A stretch of DNA of 63,044 nucleotides, the filler included, from Folioceros fuciformis (lineage: Eukaryota), in the NCBI GenBank assembly GCA_049999805.1. It is 11 parts of 11 records of this genome, joined end to end, with 100 filler letters (N's around TTAATTAATTAA, not from the genome) between each part and the next. Parts side by side here need not be neighbours in the genome. Positions count along the whole stretch, not along the records: positions 1 to 6,844 come from JBNGIO010001709.1; positions 6,945 to 22,898 come from JBNGIO010001710.1; 9 more parts are not named here. One strand, 5' to 3'. Position numbers and translations under genes: made by a program. This document shows, piece by piece, positions 1-12,900 of this stretch; the first letter of the stretch is position 1, and the number at the start of each line of letters is the position of its first letter. A model generated the notes under the pieces. It made no database searches, had not been told where the DNA came from, and saw only the letters and a list, made by a program, of their open reading frames with translations.

Positions 1-329
1 CGCGTGGGATTTTCAAGCCCGAAGCCTGCGCTTGAACCCGTGCGCCTGACCTGCATGCCTTCCTGCACTGACACGCCGTTCCTGCATCAGCTCGAATCGG
101 CGCGCCGGTTCACCCGCTCAGCCAAGGGTTTCCTATGCGCCTCCTTCTGCTGCATCACGGCATACAAAGTGGCGCGTTGGCCGCCATCCTTGCTTATACA
201 CCACATAACAGAAACTGCAAGGAATTCTGCGAGGAATCTGGGGTGCCATACCGGGCGTCATCACATCTGCTCTAGGCGTCATCAGACTTGCTCCCCTGTT
301 GCCGCCAGGTCTGCTGATCGCGCCCTTGC

Positions 330-3300
330 ATGGCTGGGACTCCTAATCCTCGCTCTGGATCCGCTCCGGATCATGGCGCTGCTGGGGTTCTCTTCGGCGG
401 ACCAGCCGCGTTGGTGACCTCTACGGCTTCTTCTTTATTTGACGCCCTCGCTGATTTTGCCGGCTTCACTGGGACCCAAACTCCTTCAAGATTGCAAGGT
501 ACTCGGGCCGCTGCTTCACTTGCTTCCTCTGCGCCAGGCGCGGGGTTTTCCACTTCACTGCCAACCCAAGGAGCTAGACTTGGGAATCCTTTGCCTGGAC
601 CAAGAGTTGGATTCGCCAATCCTCTGCCTTCCTTTGGAACTGGAGGGGGTGGACTTGGAGTAGGACCTCCCCCTGTGCAATCCCTTGGTGCCGGGCTTGG
701 CAACCCCTACTCTCAACTGCTTCCCTATGCAACACCTAGCTATCAGCCTTCGTATACAATTGAATTTAAGGAAAAAGATAGGTTTAACAAGAACAAATAC
801 CCTGTCTGGAGTGTGCGCATGCGTGCAGCTCTTGAAGCCAGACATGTATGGAGTGTTGTGAGCGGGCATCTCCAACCCCCTGCATCAACCGCCAATCAAA
901 TTGACAAGGACAAGTGGGAGAACGCCAATAACGTGGCACGTGCTTTGTTGATTAGTGGCCTCGATGAGGTCTTGGTGCCAGACATTGCTTACCTTACAAA
1001 GGCTGAAGAAATCTGGAACCAACTTTCACAAACATATGATGTGAAAAACATACTTACACTGGTTGTAGTTCATGGCGAACTCTTTTCCCTTTGCATGCGA
1101 GACAGTGACAAAGCAGTTGTGTTTGTTGCAAAGTTTCGGCATCTCAGAGCTCAGTTAGCCTCTCTTGGTTCTCCCATGACTGAACTCGATGCGGTAGCCC
1201 AACTGTTGACCAGTCTCCCTTCTAACTATCAGCCTTTTGTATCCAGTTATGGATCATCCCTAAGGGACGCAGCAAAGGCTATGGCTGCAGGCCAGCCATC
1301 ACAAATCAGCTTCACTGACGTTGTTGGGGCCTTATTCCAAGAACAGCAATCGCGCACCAGATCTCATGCTAGTTCTGGATGCATAAAAACAGATAAAGTG
1401 CTTTTCAATCAGACCAAGCCCCAATTTCCCAACAATCTCAGTAAGAAGAAGACTACAGTTGCTGGTTCCTCAAAGGATTCCAAACCTGGTCAGGTTAAGC
1501 GCACAGGCTCTTGTAATTGGTGTGGCTCCCCTGGTCACTGGGAACGCGAATGTAGGAAGAAGAAATCAGGCGAACCTAAACGTGTTGAGAAGATCCAAAA
1601 AGGGTTTGAAGCACATACGGCCACTAAGGATCGGTCTTCTCCAGGCCATCTTCACAAACAGCCTGTCGTTATGACGACTTGTCTATTTACTTCTGCCAAG
1701 CCTGATACTTCTTGGTACTTGGACTCAGGCGCTACTACTCACATCTACCACAATCGGAGTTTGATCAGCAACTTTGTCCCCCTTCACATTTCTGAGCGGG
1801 TTCTCCTAGGTGATGAACATACCCGTTCCGGTTTGAAGATTTTAGGGAAAGGCTCTTGTCATTTTCAGACCTCCAGTGGTCAACTCTTCCAACTTGCTGA
1901 TGTTTTGTACTTTCTTGCCATGGCCAAACATCTTGTGTCTGTTAGTCAGCTCCTAGGGCTACGTCAGTACATCATCACCTTTACCTCAGTTGGATGTAGT
2001 ATTTTTCAGACAGACTCCGCCAAGTCTTTGGTTGTCCAGGGTTTTCTGGAGAATGATCTCTACCGTTTGGACATGTCTTGTGTTCCTACACACAGTGCTC
2101 ATTTAGTAGCCAAGTCCTAGGCCTCCCTAGCTCAGCTTTGGCATGCCAGGCTAGGGCATGCCAACCAAGATAAGCTTCTTCGCACGTCTAATTTGGATTG
2201 CTATAGAGAGCCCTTACCCAAATGTTTTAAAGAGCTTCCCGTCTACAGTTCCTGTATAGTTGCTAAGCAGAAACAGTTGCCATTCCCGTCTGCTCTTGCA
2301 CACCGCACATCAAATATTTTGGAACTTGTCCATGTGGACATATCTGGCAAGATACATGTGCCGTCGCTAGGCGGATCTCTTTATTACCTGACTATCACTA
2401 ACGATTATAGTCGCTATTCTTGGACATATCCTATGAAGAGGAAATCGGATACCTCTGAGTTTTTTCAAGAGTGGCTGGTTATGATTCAGCAACAAACCGG
2501 ATGCCTTCTTTGCTACCTCAGGTCAGATAACGGCGGCAAGTTTGTAAACTCTTCCTTCAACTCCTATTTGGCAGATCAAGGTATTACTCGTCAGCTAAGT
2601 CTTCCGTATACCCAGCAACAAAACGGCGTTGCGAGCGTCGGAATCAGACCCTGCTCAACATGACACGCAGTATGTTAGCTTGGTCCGGTTTAAGTAAGGC
2701 CTACTAGGCAGAGGCGGTGGTGACCGCCACCTATATCCTAAATCGGCTTCTTACCAAGGCTGTTCATGACCGAACTCCATTCGAAGTGATGTGGCAAAGG
2801 AAACCCAGCTTGTTACATCTTCGGGTTTTTGGCTCCCCTGCTTATGCCCTGATTCCTTCTGAGCAGCGTAAGAAGTTGGATGACCGGGCTCGCCCTTTAA
2901 TTTTCGTTGGCTATGGCAAAGAATCAAAGGCGTATAAGCTTTACGATCCCCTTACCACAAGTTTGATTTTTGCTCGCAGTGTCAGCTTTAAGGAGCTCGT
3001 TCACCTTGCATGCTGATCTTGCTTCTGCGTTTCCTTCTCCTGCTCCTCTTGATTATTCTGATCCAAACGACTATCCTTCCGAGTTTCCTCAGGATTCTGT
3101 TTATGAACTGCCCTTTTCTTTGCAAGCCCCCGACAATTCAGGGGATGGAACTTCAGCATCTCAACCTGGACTGGCAACTCAATCTGGACCAGCAAAAGCA
3201 CCATCTCAGCCTGGACCTGCCGTTTATACTCAGCCTGCAACTCAGCTCGCAGTTTCCAGCCCTCAATTATCCCAGCAGTTGTCCTCCTTACCTGATGAAT

Positions 3301-5240
3301 AAGATGCTGGAGATGCTCCTGTACATGCTCCTGTCATGGCTGCGGTAGCTGCAGAAATATTCAGTGCTGATGCTTCTGATGCTGATCCTGTTCAAGAAGC
3401 TTCACAGCATTCAGGCTCTATAGATGAGATCTCTTCACCAAACTTTATACAAGCACAGTTCGAAAATCAACTTGAGCCAGAACCGGCTGTTCCTGAACCC
3501 GTCATGGAGGAAAGGAGATACCCTAGTAGATCTCGTCCTCCCCATGACCAGTGGCATGAAAAGCCTTATCAACCTGAAGATTTCCGTCAACCTTGTTCTG
3601 CCCGACTATGTGAGGTCTATTCTACAAGTGTCATTCATCCTGCAGAACCCCGCACGTATCAGGAAGCCATTCATGGGAAAGATAAGCATCACTGGATTCC
3701 GTCAATTCAAGATGAAAACGACTCACTGATGAAAAATGAGACATGGGAACTTGTCCCGTTACCTGCTGGACGGAAGCCGGTGAGATGCAAGTGGGTTTTC
3801 AAACACAAATTGAATGCTCAGGGTGAAATCGCTAGGCATAAGAGCCGCCTTGTGGCCAGAGGCTTCTCTCAGGTTGCTGGAGTAGATTTCAATGAAACTT
3901 TCAGCCCTGTTGTGGAGGCACAATCCATCCGTATGATGTTAGCTTTAGCTGTAGCAAAGGACTGGGATTTACAACAAATGGACGTTTCTACAGCTTTCCT
4001 CTACGGGGATTTGGAAGAGGACATTTTCATGACCCAACCTGAAGGGTTCATTGATTCTGAGCACCCTACCTGGGCTTGCAAGCTGAAGGAGACCATATAT
4101 AGTCTGAAGCAGAGCGCTCGCGAGTGGTACAAGTGCATTGACAAGTATCTGAAGTCTATTGGCTTCCAACAAAATCTGGCAGACTCCAATGTTTACCTTT
4201 ATGCTAACAAAGGCCATATGGTCCTTCTAGCACTTTATGTCGACGACGCCATTCTTGCGTCTAACAATCAGGAGTTGCTAGCTTGGGTCAAGGGCATGCT
4301 CCATAAGAGCTACGACATGAAGGACATTGGAGCCCTCACTTTCGTCCTCGGAGTACAGCTTATCCGTGACAGGCCCAATAGGACTTTGATCCTGCACTAG
4401 ACAAAGTACATTAACGAAACTCTTCGCAGCTTCAATTTGCAAGATGCAAAGCCTGTCAGTACACCTGGCAGTGTTGGCTTAAAACTCACCTCCCAGCAGA
4501 GTCCCCAGGATGCAGATCGTGAGTTGATGCACCTGGTTCCCTAGAGACACGCCGTCGGATGCCTGAACTACATTAGCTGTTGGACACGTCCCGATATTCA
4601 ACATTCTGTTAGTGCCGTGTCACAATTTCTTGAGGACCCTGGACAGACTCATTGGGTAGCTGTAAAAAGAATTCTACGCTACATTAAGGGTACCTCCACA
4701 TTTGGCTTATGTTTCCAAGGGACTGACGAAGCTGTTAGTCTGCTAGGGTATTGCGACGCCGATTGGGCCACTGATCCAGATCAAAGGTGCAGCATCTAAG
4801 CTTACTGCTTTCTCTTGTCTAGAGCCGCCATCAATTGGAGTTCTAAGAAACAAGTTTCAGTGGCACTCTCCTCCACCGAGGCAGAGTACAAGGCCTTAAC
4901 TGATTTTGCAAAAGAAGCCGAATGGGAGCGTACCTTCCTTGCTGGTTTGAATTTTTCGCAGAAGGCTCCTACCACCATCTACTGTGACAACTTGTCCACC
5001 ATTGCTCTGGTAGGAAATCCCCGCTTCCATGCCCGAACGAAGCACATCGAAATACACCACCATTTTGTCCGACATTCTGTGGAGCGTAAGGTGGTCAGCA
5101 TCAAGCACATCTCCATCGAATTGAACACTGCCAATGTTCTTACCAAGAGCCTCCCGACGCTTAAGCACACCTTCCATGCTAAAGCTTTGGGTTTGGTGGA
5201 TTACGTCACCTACTTGCCCAGCTCTTTCTCGCACACTTAG
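330..5240 (+). mobile_element. Degenerate Ty1/copia LTR retrotransposon gag-pol (gag, zinc knuckle, protease, integrase, RT, RNase H)
   Basis: Domains in copia order: gag W..RMRAAL, CNWCGSPGHWEREC knuckle, WYLDSGAT protease, LWHARLGH, ELVHVD/LRSDNGG integrase, CKWVFK...KSRLVARG and LYVDD RT, GYCDADWA...ALSSTEAEY...HARTKHI RNase H. Broken by stops (2118, 2705, 4398, 4542, 4798) and a frameshift near 2635. The 5' LTR was not found in the window. Confidence 0.96.
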
Positions 5241-5344
5241 CATGGTGGGCTCTTCTTCAGAGATCTCTGGTCAGATGAAGCTTTCTCGCTCACTCTAGTC
5301 GCCCAGATTTACTCTTCCCTCCCATTCTAACTAGTGTTTTGGTT

Positions 5345-5561
5345 AAGGGGGTGTGTTAACAAGAACGTTAGGGTTATGTATGAGTAACCAACGTCATGGT
5401 AAGAATGATATTTAGCTATTGTCCAAAGGTCACTTACAATATATATATAAGACATTATGTACCTTTTTTAATTTGATTAATTACAACATATTTTTCTCTT
5501 CCTCTATCTGCTATGTCTAGCAACTAATATCTCTGTCACCTGGATGCCCCACATCGTGACA
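5345..5561 (+). repeat. Polypurine tract and putative 3' LTR of the copia element
   Basis: AAGGGGG (5345-5351) followed by TG-TGTTAAC; TATA-like TATATATATAA; candidate end ...GTGACA at 5561. The 3' boundary is uncertain because there is no second LTR to compare. Confidence 0.6.
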
Positions 5562-6844
5562 TCCAGGATTGTGGTGAGGGTTTCCTCGCCACCGAGGGGT
5601 GTAGAAAACGAATCAGTGCATCCCCCCTCTCCGTTTCATTTTCATATTAGTTTCTCTTTTCTCCCCCTTTTTTTATTATAGTTTCCTTTTCTTATTTCAT
5701 TCCATTCCTCTTTACATTTCCTAACTTGCCTTTTTCCTTTTATCCTGCATTTCTTGGTGCCATATTTGCAGTTATTTATTATCCTTCTTATGTTTTGCAT
5801 AACAGTTGAGAAAAGTAAGCAACGTGAGGTGGTCCCATTCTTATCGACTTCTAAGCTTGAATACATGAAGGCTTACGTTACATCAAGAATGAAGACTAGT
5901 GTGCCTGTAGGGGATACTCATAATAATTGGCCAAGAGGGCAAGATGTGGTCGAAGAGATCTCATCAACTGAAAAATTCTTGGATAATGTTCAAACAATAC
6001 CTACCAACCAAGGTAAGCACTAGCTCATATGTGAAGATATTTTTATTGTTGAAAATATTAATCTTCAATGTGTCTCATGCATATCCCGTTAAAGGTATCT
6101 TGATATAAGGCATCAAATAACCCTAAAGCTGGATTCCAGAAAATATTGCGAGGGTAGCCCTAGTTGGCGAGCACGATGCTTGCAAGTAGGACTTAAGGAG
6201 GAATCAAAGATGTATTTCCACAAAATGCAAGGTGGAAATCAACAACCATTTGCTCCATGTAATATATTATAATAGGCTAACAAAGTACAATATGTTAGCA
6301 GGATTATGAAAAGTTGGAGGAAAGTAAAGCGAAAATGGGTGAAGATAATATCCATATGGGTTTGATATCCCCCCTTTTTTGTTTTATTTTTATGTTTTTG
6401 AGGTTATGGTCCTTAACGGCTAAGAGGTGAGGATATGTAGAAGATAAATGTGTAGGGACAAAAAACCTAAAAAATATCTATCCCGCGAAAGATAAGGGGC
6501 AAAAGGTATCAAATACCTAGCAACTGTATGCCCGAAGGTGGATTAAATGAGACCACTTAAGTGGTGTGCCCTAGAGATTATGCTACCGTTGAGCCTCCAA
6601 CTGAATATGTGTGTCAAAGTAGTGGAATTCACATGTTGCGGCTAGGTTCGGAACCATGTAAAGAGTTCAAAGGACACACTAAGCACATATACAGTAAGTG
6701 TTCTTGTATCAAAAAAAATAAAGGTAAAAAGGGATAATATAATTAGCCTTTGTCTTTTTTTTTGTCGGGTCTGCTTGGGCACTCAGCAAGGATGCTGGGG
6801 AGTATTATGAAGACTATTTAGAGATTGAGGAGGAAATGGAATAT

Positions 6845-6944
6845 NNNNNNNNNNNNNNNNNNNNNNNNNNNNNNNNNNNNNNNNNNNNTTAATTAATTAA
6901 NNNNNNNNNNNNNNNNNNNNNNNNNNNNNNNNNNNNNNNNNNNN
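6845..6944. other. Artificial contig linker (44N-TTAATTAATTAA-44N); identical copies at 22899, 25438, 33813, 39942, 44993, 47268, 49409, 52092 and 55135
   Basis: Ten identical 100-nt blocks; the core places stop codons in all six frames. Confidence 0.98.
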
Positions 6945-6990
6945 CCAGGCTGCGGTCAAGAAGGGGCTCATTTGGGGGCTGCGGGGCTGG

Positions 6991-9900
6991 ATGGCTGGCC
7001 AGCGCCTTGAGGCGCAGGGCGGGGGTTCCGGGGGCGGAGAGGAAATAGTGGAGGTGGATGTTGCGGAAGAACGGGGTCTGGAGGTGCGGGTTGCGCGGGA
7101 CGTGATTGAAGAATCGGTTCCTGCCAGGCACGAGGAGGGAGAAAAGATGGACGTCCGGGACTGCAATTCTTGTCACAGCGGGCAGGGGGACGCCATCGTC
7201 GTGGCTTCAGATTATTGTGGCGCCGACCAGGCAGTGGAGGTGGACGCGAGCGCCTTCGATTTTTGTAGCGGCGGGAAGGAGGAGCTTGGAGCGGACCAGT
7301 CGGCCGAGGTCTACGAGCAAGAGCGTGTTCCCGGAGCGATGGAACTGGACTCCACGGAGGAGGAGGAGGAGGAGGAGCTGGCTAGGACAGAGGTTGACGA
7401 AGCCAGCTCCCGCGAATTTTGTTCGAGTGGGAAGGAGCCGTATTTGGAAGAGGACAATGAGGTTGAGGTCGACGAGTTCAGCTCTGAACAACAGTTTTGT
7501 GACATCGGGCTGGAGGAAGATCCGTTAGAAGACCAGGATGAGGCCGAGTTGGACGTGGGAGAGGAAGCGGATATGAACCATGGCCAAGAGGCGGCCGGTT
7601 TTGTACCTTGTCAGGCTGGAGCTCTCTCGGAACAGGTGCGTGTAGTGGAACTGGCCGTGACTGAAATTGACGAGGCCACCGATCGGACATTTCTTCACGG
7701 CGGCGATCTGTTACAAGACGTGATGACGCAAGAAATTGACGACGCCACCGATCCTGCTTTTTCTCACGGCGTAGCTCTCCTACAAGAGTTGGAAGTGGAG
7801 GGGCAGGCGAAGACGGAAGAAATTGTCGAGGCGACCGATCGTGTAATTTGCGACGGGGGAGGTCTCTCGCAAGAGGAGAAAGTGCAGGACTTGGCAACGC
7901 CAGGAACTATCGAAGCCGCCCGTGCTGATTTACGTCTTTCTCGAGAGGAGCGGCAGCTGGGAGCGCAGCCTGAAGAGGCGAAAGGGGAAGCGACACAGGA
8001 ATTTGAAACAACAGAGATTGACGATGCTAGCGCTCCTCAATTTTGTCTTAGCGGGGAAGGGGTCTCTCTGGGAGATGATCCAGAACCAGAAGGGGTGGAG
8101 GTGGCGGAAGTCGATGTAGGGGAAACGGCGAGAGCAGAGGTTGATGATGAGGCGACCGTTGCTGATGTTTGCCTTGGCCAAGACGACGGGGCTATGCGAG
8201 AGCAGCCAGAGGGCGTAGAGATGGATGTTGTGGAAGGACTGGCTAGCACAGAAGTTGACGTAGTCAGGCTGGAGGACCCGTTGCCGAAAGAGCGCGATGG
8301 AACCTCGGTGCTACCGTGCCGCCAGGATCTGGACAGCGGAGAGCGAGACGCAGGCCATCCAGGGAGCGGAGTGTCAATGGAATTTCGAGCAGAAAGGGAA
8401 TCAGGAGACAATGCAGGGCAGGCTGCGGAAGTCGAGCGACCTCCAGGCTTAGAGCACGTGGGCGATACATTTTCGGCGAGGGAGCTTGAAACTGGCAGGG
8501 ACCCTTTATCGGGGGATTCCCAGGTTCCAGTAGCTGAAGTCCCAGGACGGGAGCATGAGCAAGAGTCAAGCACTAACACGGTGGTTGAGAATGAGGATAA
8601 CTGTACAGATACGGACGAGCTTGCTGAGAAGCCTGAGGAGACGGTTCGGAGAACTTGGGAACCGGACCAACAAGTGCACAACGTCCTGCACGAGCACCAG
8701 GAAAGTTTTTCAGCCACAGGAGACGCAGCAGTCACAGAGGGAAATGAAGAGGAGACATTTACTCCTCCAGAATCTGAAACTGTGTCCATTCCTCTACACT
8801 GGCACCCGAAGCCTTGCCTTCATATTTCTGGTCTCGGAGGATCTGTAGCTCAAGAGGTACGAGCACGCTGACATCTGAAACTATTCGTTTTCAGAAGCAT
8901 TGTGCCCCTTTCCTCCAGCACCTCTCTCTAACTACACAGACATGCCAAGAGAGACTTTGTTCTGAATGTTTGGAAGGAAATGCTTGGTCTGTTGTTTGCT
9001 TTCGTGATTGATTTGAGGTTGCATTGTCAAATCAAGTTCTCTCCAACTTTCATCTACGCGCTTGCGCCTTTGTGAACTATTGCTGAGGAGGGTTGAACTG
9101 AAACGAGGGCATGTGTTATGTGTCACAACAAACAATCTGACCGAGTGATGTTTTGGGCTAAGAAATCGGAGACGCGGGATGATTTCTTGATTCCCATTTT
9201 CTGTCAACGGTGTCATCTCTGCCTTAAAACCATCGGTCCTTCTGTTTTCAGGTGACATCCTCTAAGTTGGCATGTTGGTCCTAAGCAGAACCGGTTGTTT
9301 TATAGTATCAGGATTTTGTGGATGGATAAACATGATGTGTATGGTAGAAGATGTATCACGACTTTGTGGATGGATAAACAAGAGGTCGAATGGTAGAAGA
9401 TGAACAAAGAGCAGATCTTGTGGAGTTGAAGGGCCTGACTGGTGGGATGGGAGGGAAAGGAAAGGAAAGGTAGAGAGAGAACTTCGTGCATCAGGGCAAA
9501 GCTCTGAGACCCCGTTTTGTAGTTGATGGTCTTCGAGCAAGGTTGTGACTTGTGGGGATTCTTATTTTTATGTATGTGGTGAGTTAAGATAAGGAAGACC
9601 AGATGTGTGAAGAGGGAAGGCCAAATTATATCTAATAAAATAGGTAGCATCAGGTTGAATGTAACCAAACAGATCAAGGGTCACAGGGGTGTCATGAAGC
9701 CCTGATTCCGCCGTGCTATTCTGTTTCCACAACAGACTGGAAACCAAGACTGGATGTCTAATGTGATGGTTTTGTGTCTTCCTGCCTGATCCTTGTGAAA
9801 CAGCACCAGATCTCATTGTTTTGAGAAGCATAATTTAAAGTTGCTCCAACATGCAGGAGCTGCTTCCATTCATCAATCAATATGTACCACTTGCTAGCAT

Positions 9901-12900
9901 GGTGTTTGAAAACGAGAAGAGAGATGCTGTTATTGTCCGTTGTGAGATTGCTCCTGAGGAGGCAGATGAGGCAGTCGCAACTCTTCGGGAGGCCTTTAAC
10001 AACACTCGATTTAAAGAAAAGACACTCGTGGTGGAAGCATTCCGTCCTGATTCTCTCTTGTTCATTGGGAACTTGACACCGGAGATAGACGACGAATCTC
10101 TACGCAAAATGTTTGAACCACATGGAAAGATTGAACGAGCTTTTGTGAGTTTAAGTAGTGTGGTTTCTTACTTTTGAGCCCTTTGTTCTTTGCTTTGTGG
10201 AACCCTTAGTTCTGATGCTGCCAAGAGCAGCTAGCTTACGACTCAGGTCTTTGTAGGTTCTGCGAAATCAGGAGGGGAGAAGTAAGGGATATGGCTTCGT
10301 GGAGTACAGCCTAAAATCACAGGTGAGGTCATTGTATCTTGATTAGTTGCCAGTCTGTAGATAATACGAGCCCTTCCATTTTAAGAGTAGCTGACAATGC
10401 AATAGAGCTTACAGGCAACTACAGCGAAGCTAGTAATGGGGAACATCGACATGGATGGCCGAGTTCTTCGTGTGGAATGGTCAGACTGTAGGAAAGTTGC
10501 CGACATGTTTTCAACTGTTTTGTTTGTGGATCGAATCGCAAAGGAGTGCCCGAATGTAAGTACGTGTTTTCTCGACTACTTGCAAGGGTCAAGGAAGGAA
10601 ATAAAGAAAGTTGAAACATTGTTGGCACAGCAAACTTAAGTCTAGAATGGTAACATCAGACTCCTGTCGCGTGCAGATTGAGGACATCCTGAGAACTCTG
10701 TTCGGGGAGTTTGGAAGGGTGCGCGATTGCCATCTGGCAATTGGTATGAGTCAACAGTTCCGTGGCTTTGCATTTATTGACTTCAATCATTCTACTTATG
10801 CTGATAAAGGTGTAATATCCCGTCTTATCATGTCACATCAAGTTATATTGCTGTCAGTCAGGTTCACAGACGAGGGAATGAGCTTGTTGAGGTAACATGT
10901 AGACTTAACAGTGAGATGCATTGGTCTTTCTCTTTGATGTGATAACTAGCTCATGAAGCTTTAGATGGCAAAGAAGTGGAGGGCTCCAATGTACGAGTCA
11001 GCTTTGCAAATCCGTCCAAGTCAGCTCAGGTATGATAAAGGATGTCGCTTCCCATTATTTTTCCTGAATTCAGGTTGCGTGCTTTCCGCATCATTTATTT
11101 GGTGTGGTTTATTGTGCTTCAGTCATACAAATCACGCTTTGGCAATCAAGGTCTCACTTCTGGAGTTTCTGGCAGGGGCTTCCCTGGTAGGTCCAAAGGT
11201 CTTCTCTGGTTGGAATATCATGATGCTTTTCTTGATTTTTGGTGGTCTCTGTCTTCGTGTTCTGTTGTCACTGAGTAGTTGAACCGGCACTGCTTTGGGA
11301 ATCTGATGGTTTTAACTCTCAATTCTTTCCCTTTACCAGTTGTGCCTGCAATGATGGGTGCTGCTATTCGAGGGCATATGGCAATGCCACTCCTGGCTCC
11401 TCGTTTTCTTGGTGCACGACCATGCATGCTTGGGATGGGATTAGGCATGGTAATGCCTACTGCGATGAGTTTTCTGTGCTATGTGTTACTGGTTTGCATT
11501 TTTTGGCTTGTAAGAGAACTAGCATTGTCACTCATGAGAAGTGTCGCTAACCTTTTTTGCTGCCTCTTGCTTCCAGCAATTTGGAGGCGGGGCACCGGTT
11601 GGACCAGGTATGATTGGCCGTGGTCTCGTTAGTCCATTGTTGAGTGGAGGAGCGGGCATGCTGGGACCAGGGTCGATTGCTGGAATGATGGGGCGTGGTC
11701 CGGGGCTTCTGCTGGGTGAGTGAATGCATGAGGTTTTCGTTCGTTATGGCTAGCTCAAAAGATGTCAACTGACCTCAACATCTCTCTTTCAGGACCGGTA
11801 CCCATTCCATCTGCAGCGATAGCCCAGGTTAGTATTAATCGCTCCTGGGTGATTCATATCAACTGCAGCACATCCTTCCAGTGCTGATTCTTCGTGTCTT
11901 TCAAGCAGGTGGCCACTGCTCAAGCAAAGGCTCGTGAGGAAGAAGCCAAGGCAAGGGCAGAGGTCTGTGTAATTGCAAGCAATGGCACTCATTGATATTA
12001 TAATATGTTTTTTTTGACAATTCTCTCACAGTTGATGGTGGACTTCTTAAACAGTTTAGGAGGTTGCAGGAGGTTGCACAACATTCCCAGATAGCACCAG
12101 TAAACATTGTATGCTGGAATGTCAATGTAGTTGAACATAGTCTCGTTCAGCTTTCTGTAAGGACAGGCAGAGAACACAGCTGCCTGAGCGTAATTTGAGA
12201 GCTTGATCTATGATGTGGTTGGCAGCAGTCAGGGCAAAACTATTATCAAGATGTGCAGTATCCTTATCAACAGGCTTACCAGCAAACTGGACAGCAATCC
12301 TCGATACCAGTCCCGCAGCAGGTACCCTTGTTGTAGTCCCAATGCATGTGCATTAGAAAAGCTTGAGAGCAATCCTTTATTCTACCTCTTCCATTCATTT
12401 AGCTTATTTGCCTGTGAGGCCTTGTTATCTAGGGGGACAGTACTTGGTTTCATTTCCATGGTCTGGTGCTTGGAAAGAGATCCAACTATTTCGATGACTG
12501 TTTGTGAATATAGCAGCCGCAGCCGCAGCACCACAATGGGCAACAGGGGCACCAGACATATGCAGCTACATACTTTTCTCAGACTGGCCAGCAGCATCAT
12601 ATACAGCAGCAGCAGCCACTGCCGCCTCTTCCGCAACCGCAGCACCACCAGGTAACTTGTGTCCAGGGGTCCTCTCCTTGACGTTCTCCTCCCATTAGTT
12701 TCATCACGTTGTTACCTGACATTCTCTTGCTTCTGAAACAGACAGCCTATTATCATCAGCAGACACAACCGAGTCCGCAGGTTCGTCACTCTAATTATTA
12801 TCTTACTAGGGTAACCTCGGCAAGTTAAGGAATTGTTTTGGCAGTGCTAGAGTTTGTCTCATGTAACCCGTTGTACCCAAATCCCGTCGGACCCTCAATG

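Noticed and set aside
2118-2120. In-frame TAG as programmed gag-pol readthrough
   Set aside because: It lies after the protease rather than at the gag/pol boundary, lacks a CARYYA context, and the element has many other disabling mutations.
6889-6900. Palindromic TTAATTAATTAA recurring ten times
   Set aside because: Always centred in 44+44 Ns; an assembly linker, not biology.
6991-8871. 626-aa acidic ORF as a stand-alone gene
   Set aside because: Its end carries the RNP2 of RRM1 and a donor at 8857 that splices in frame to 9857.
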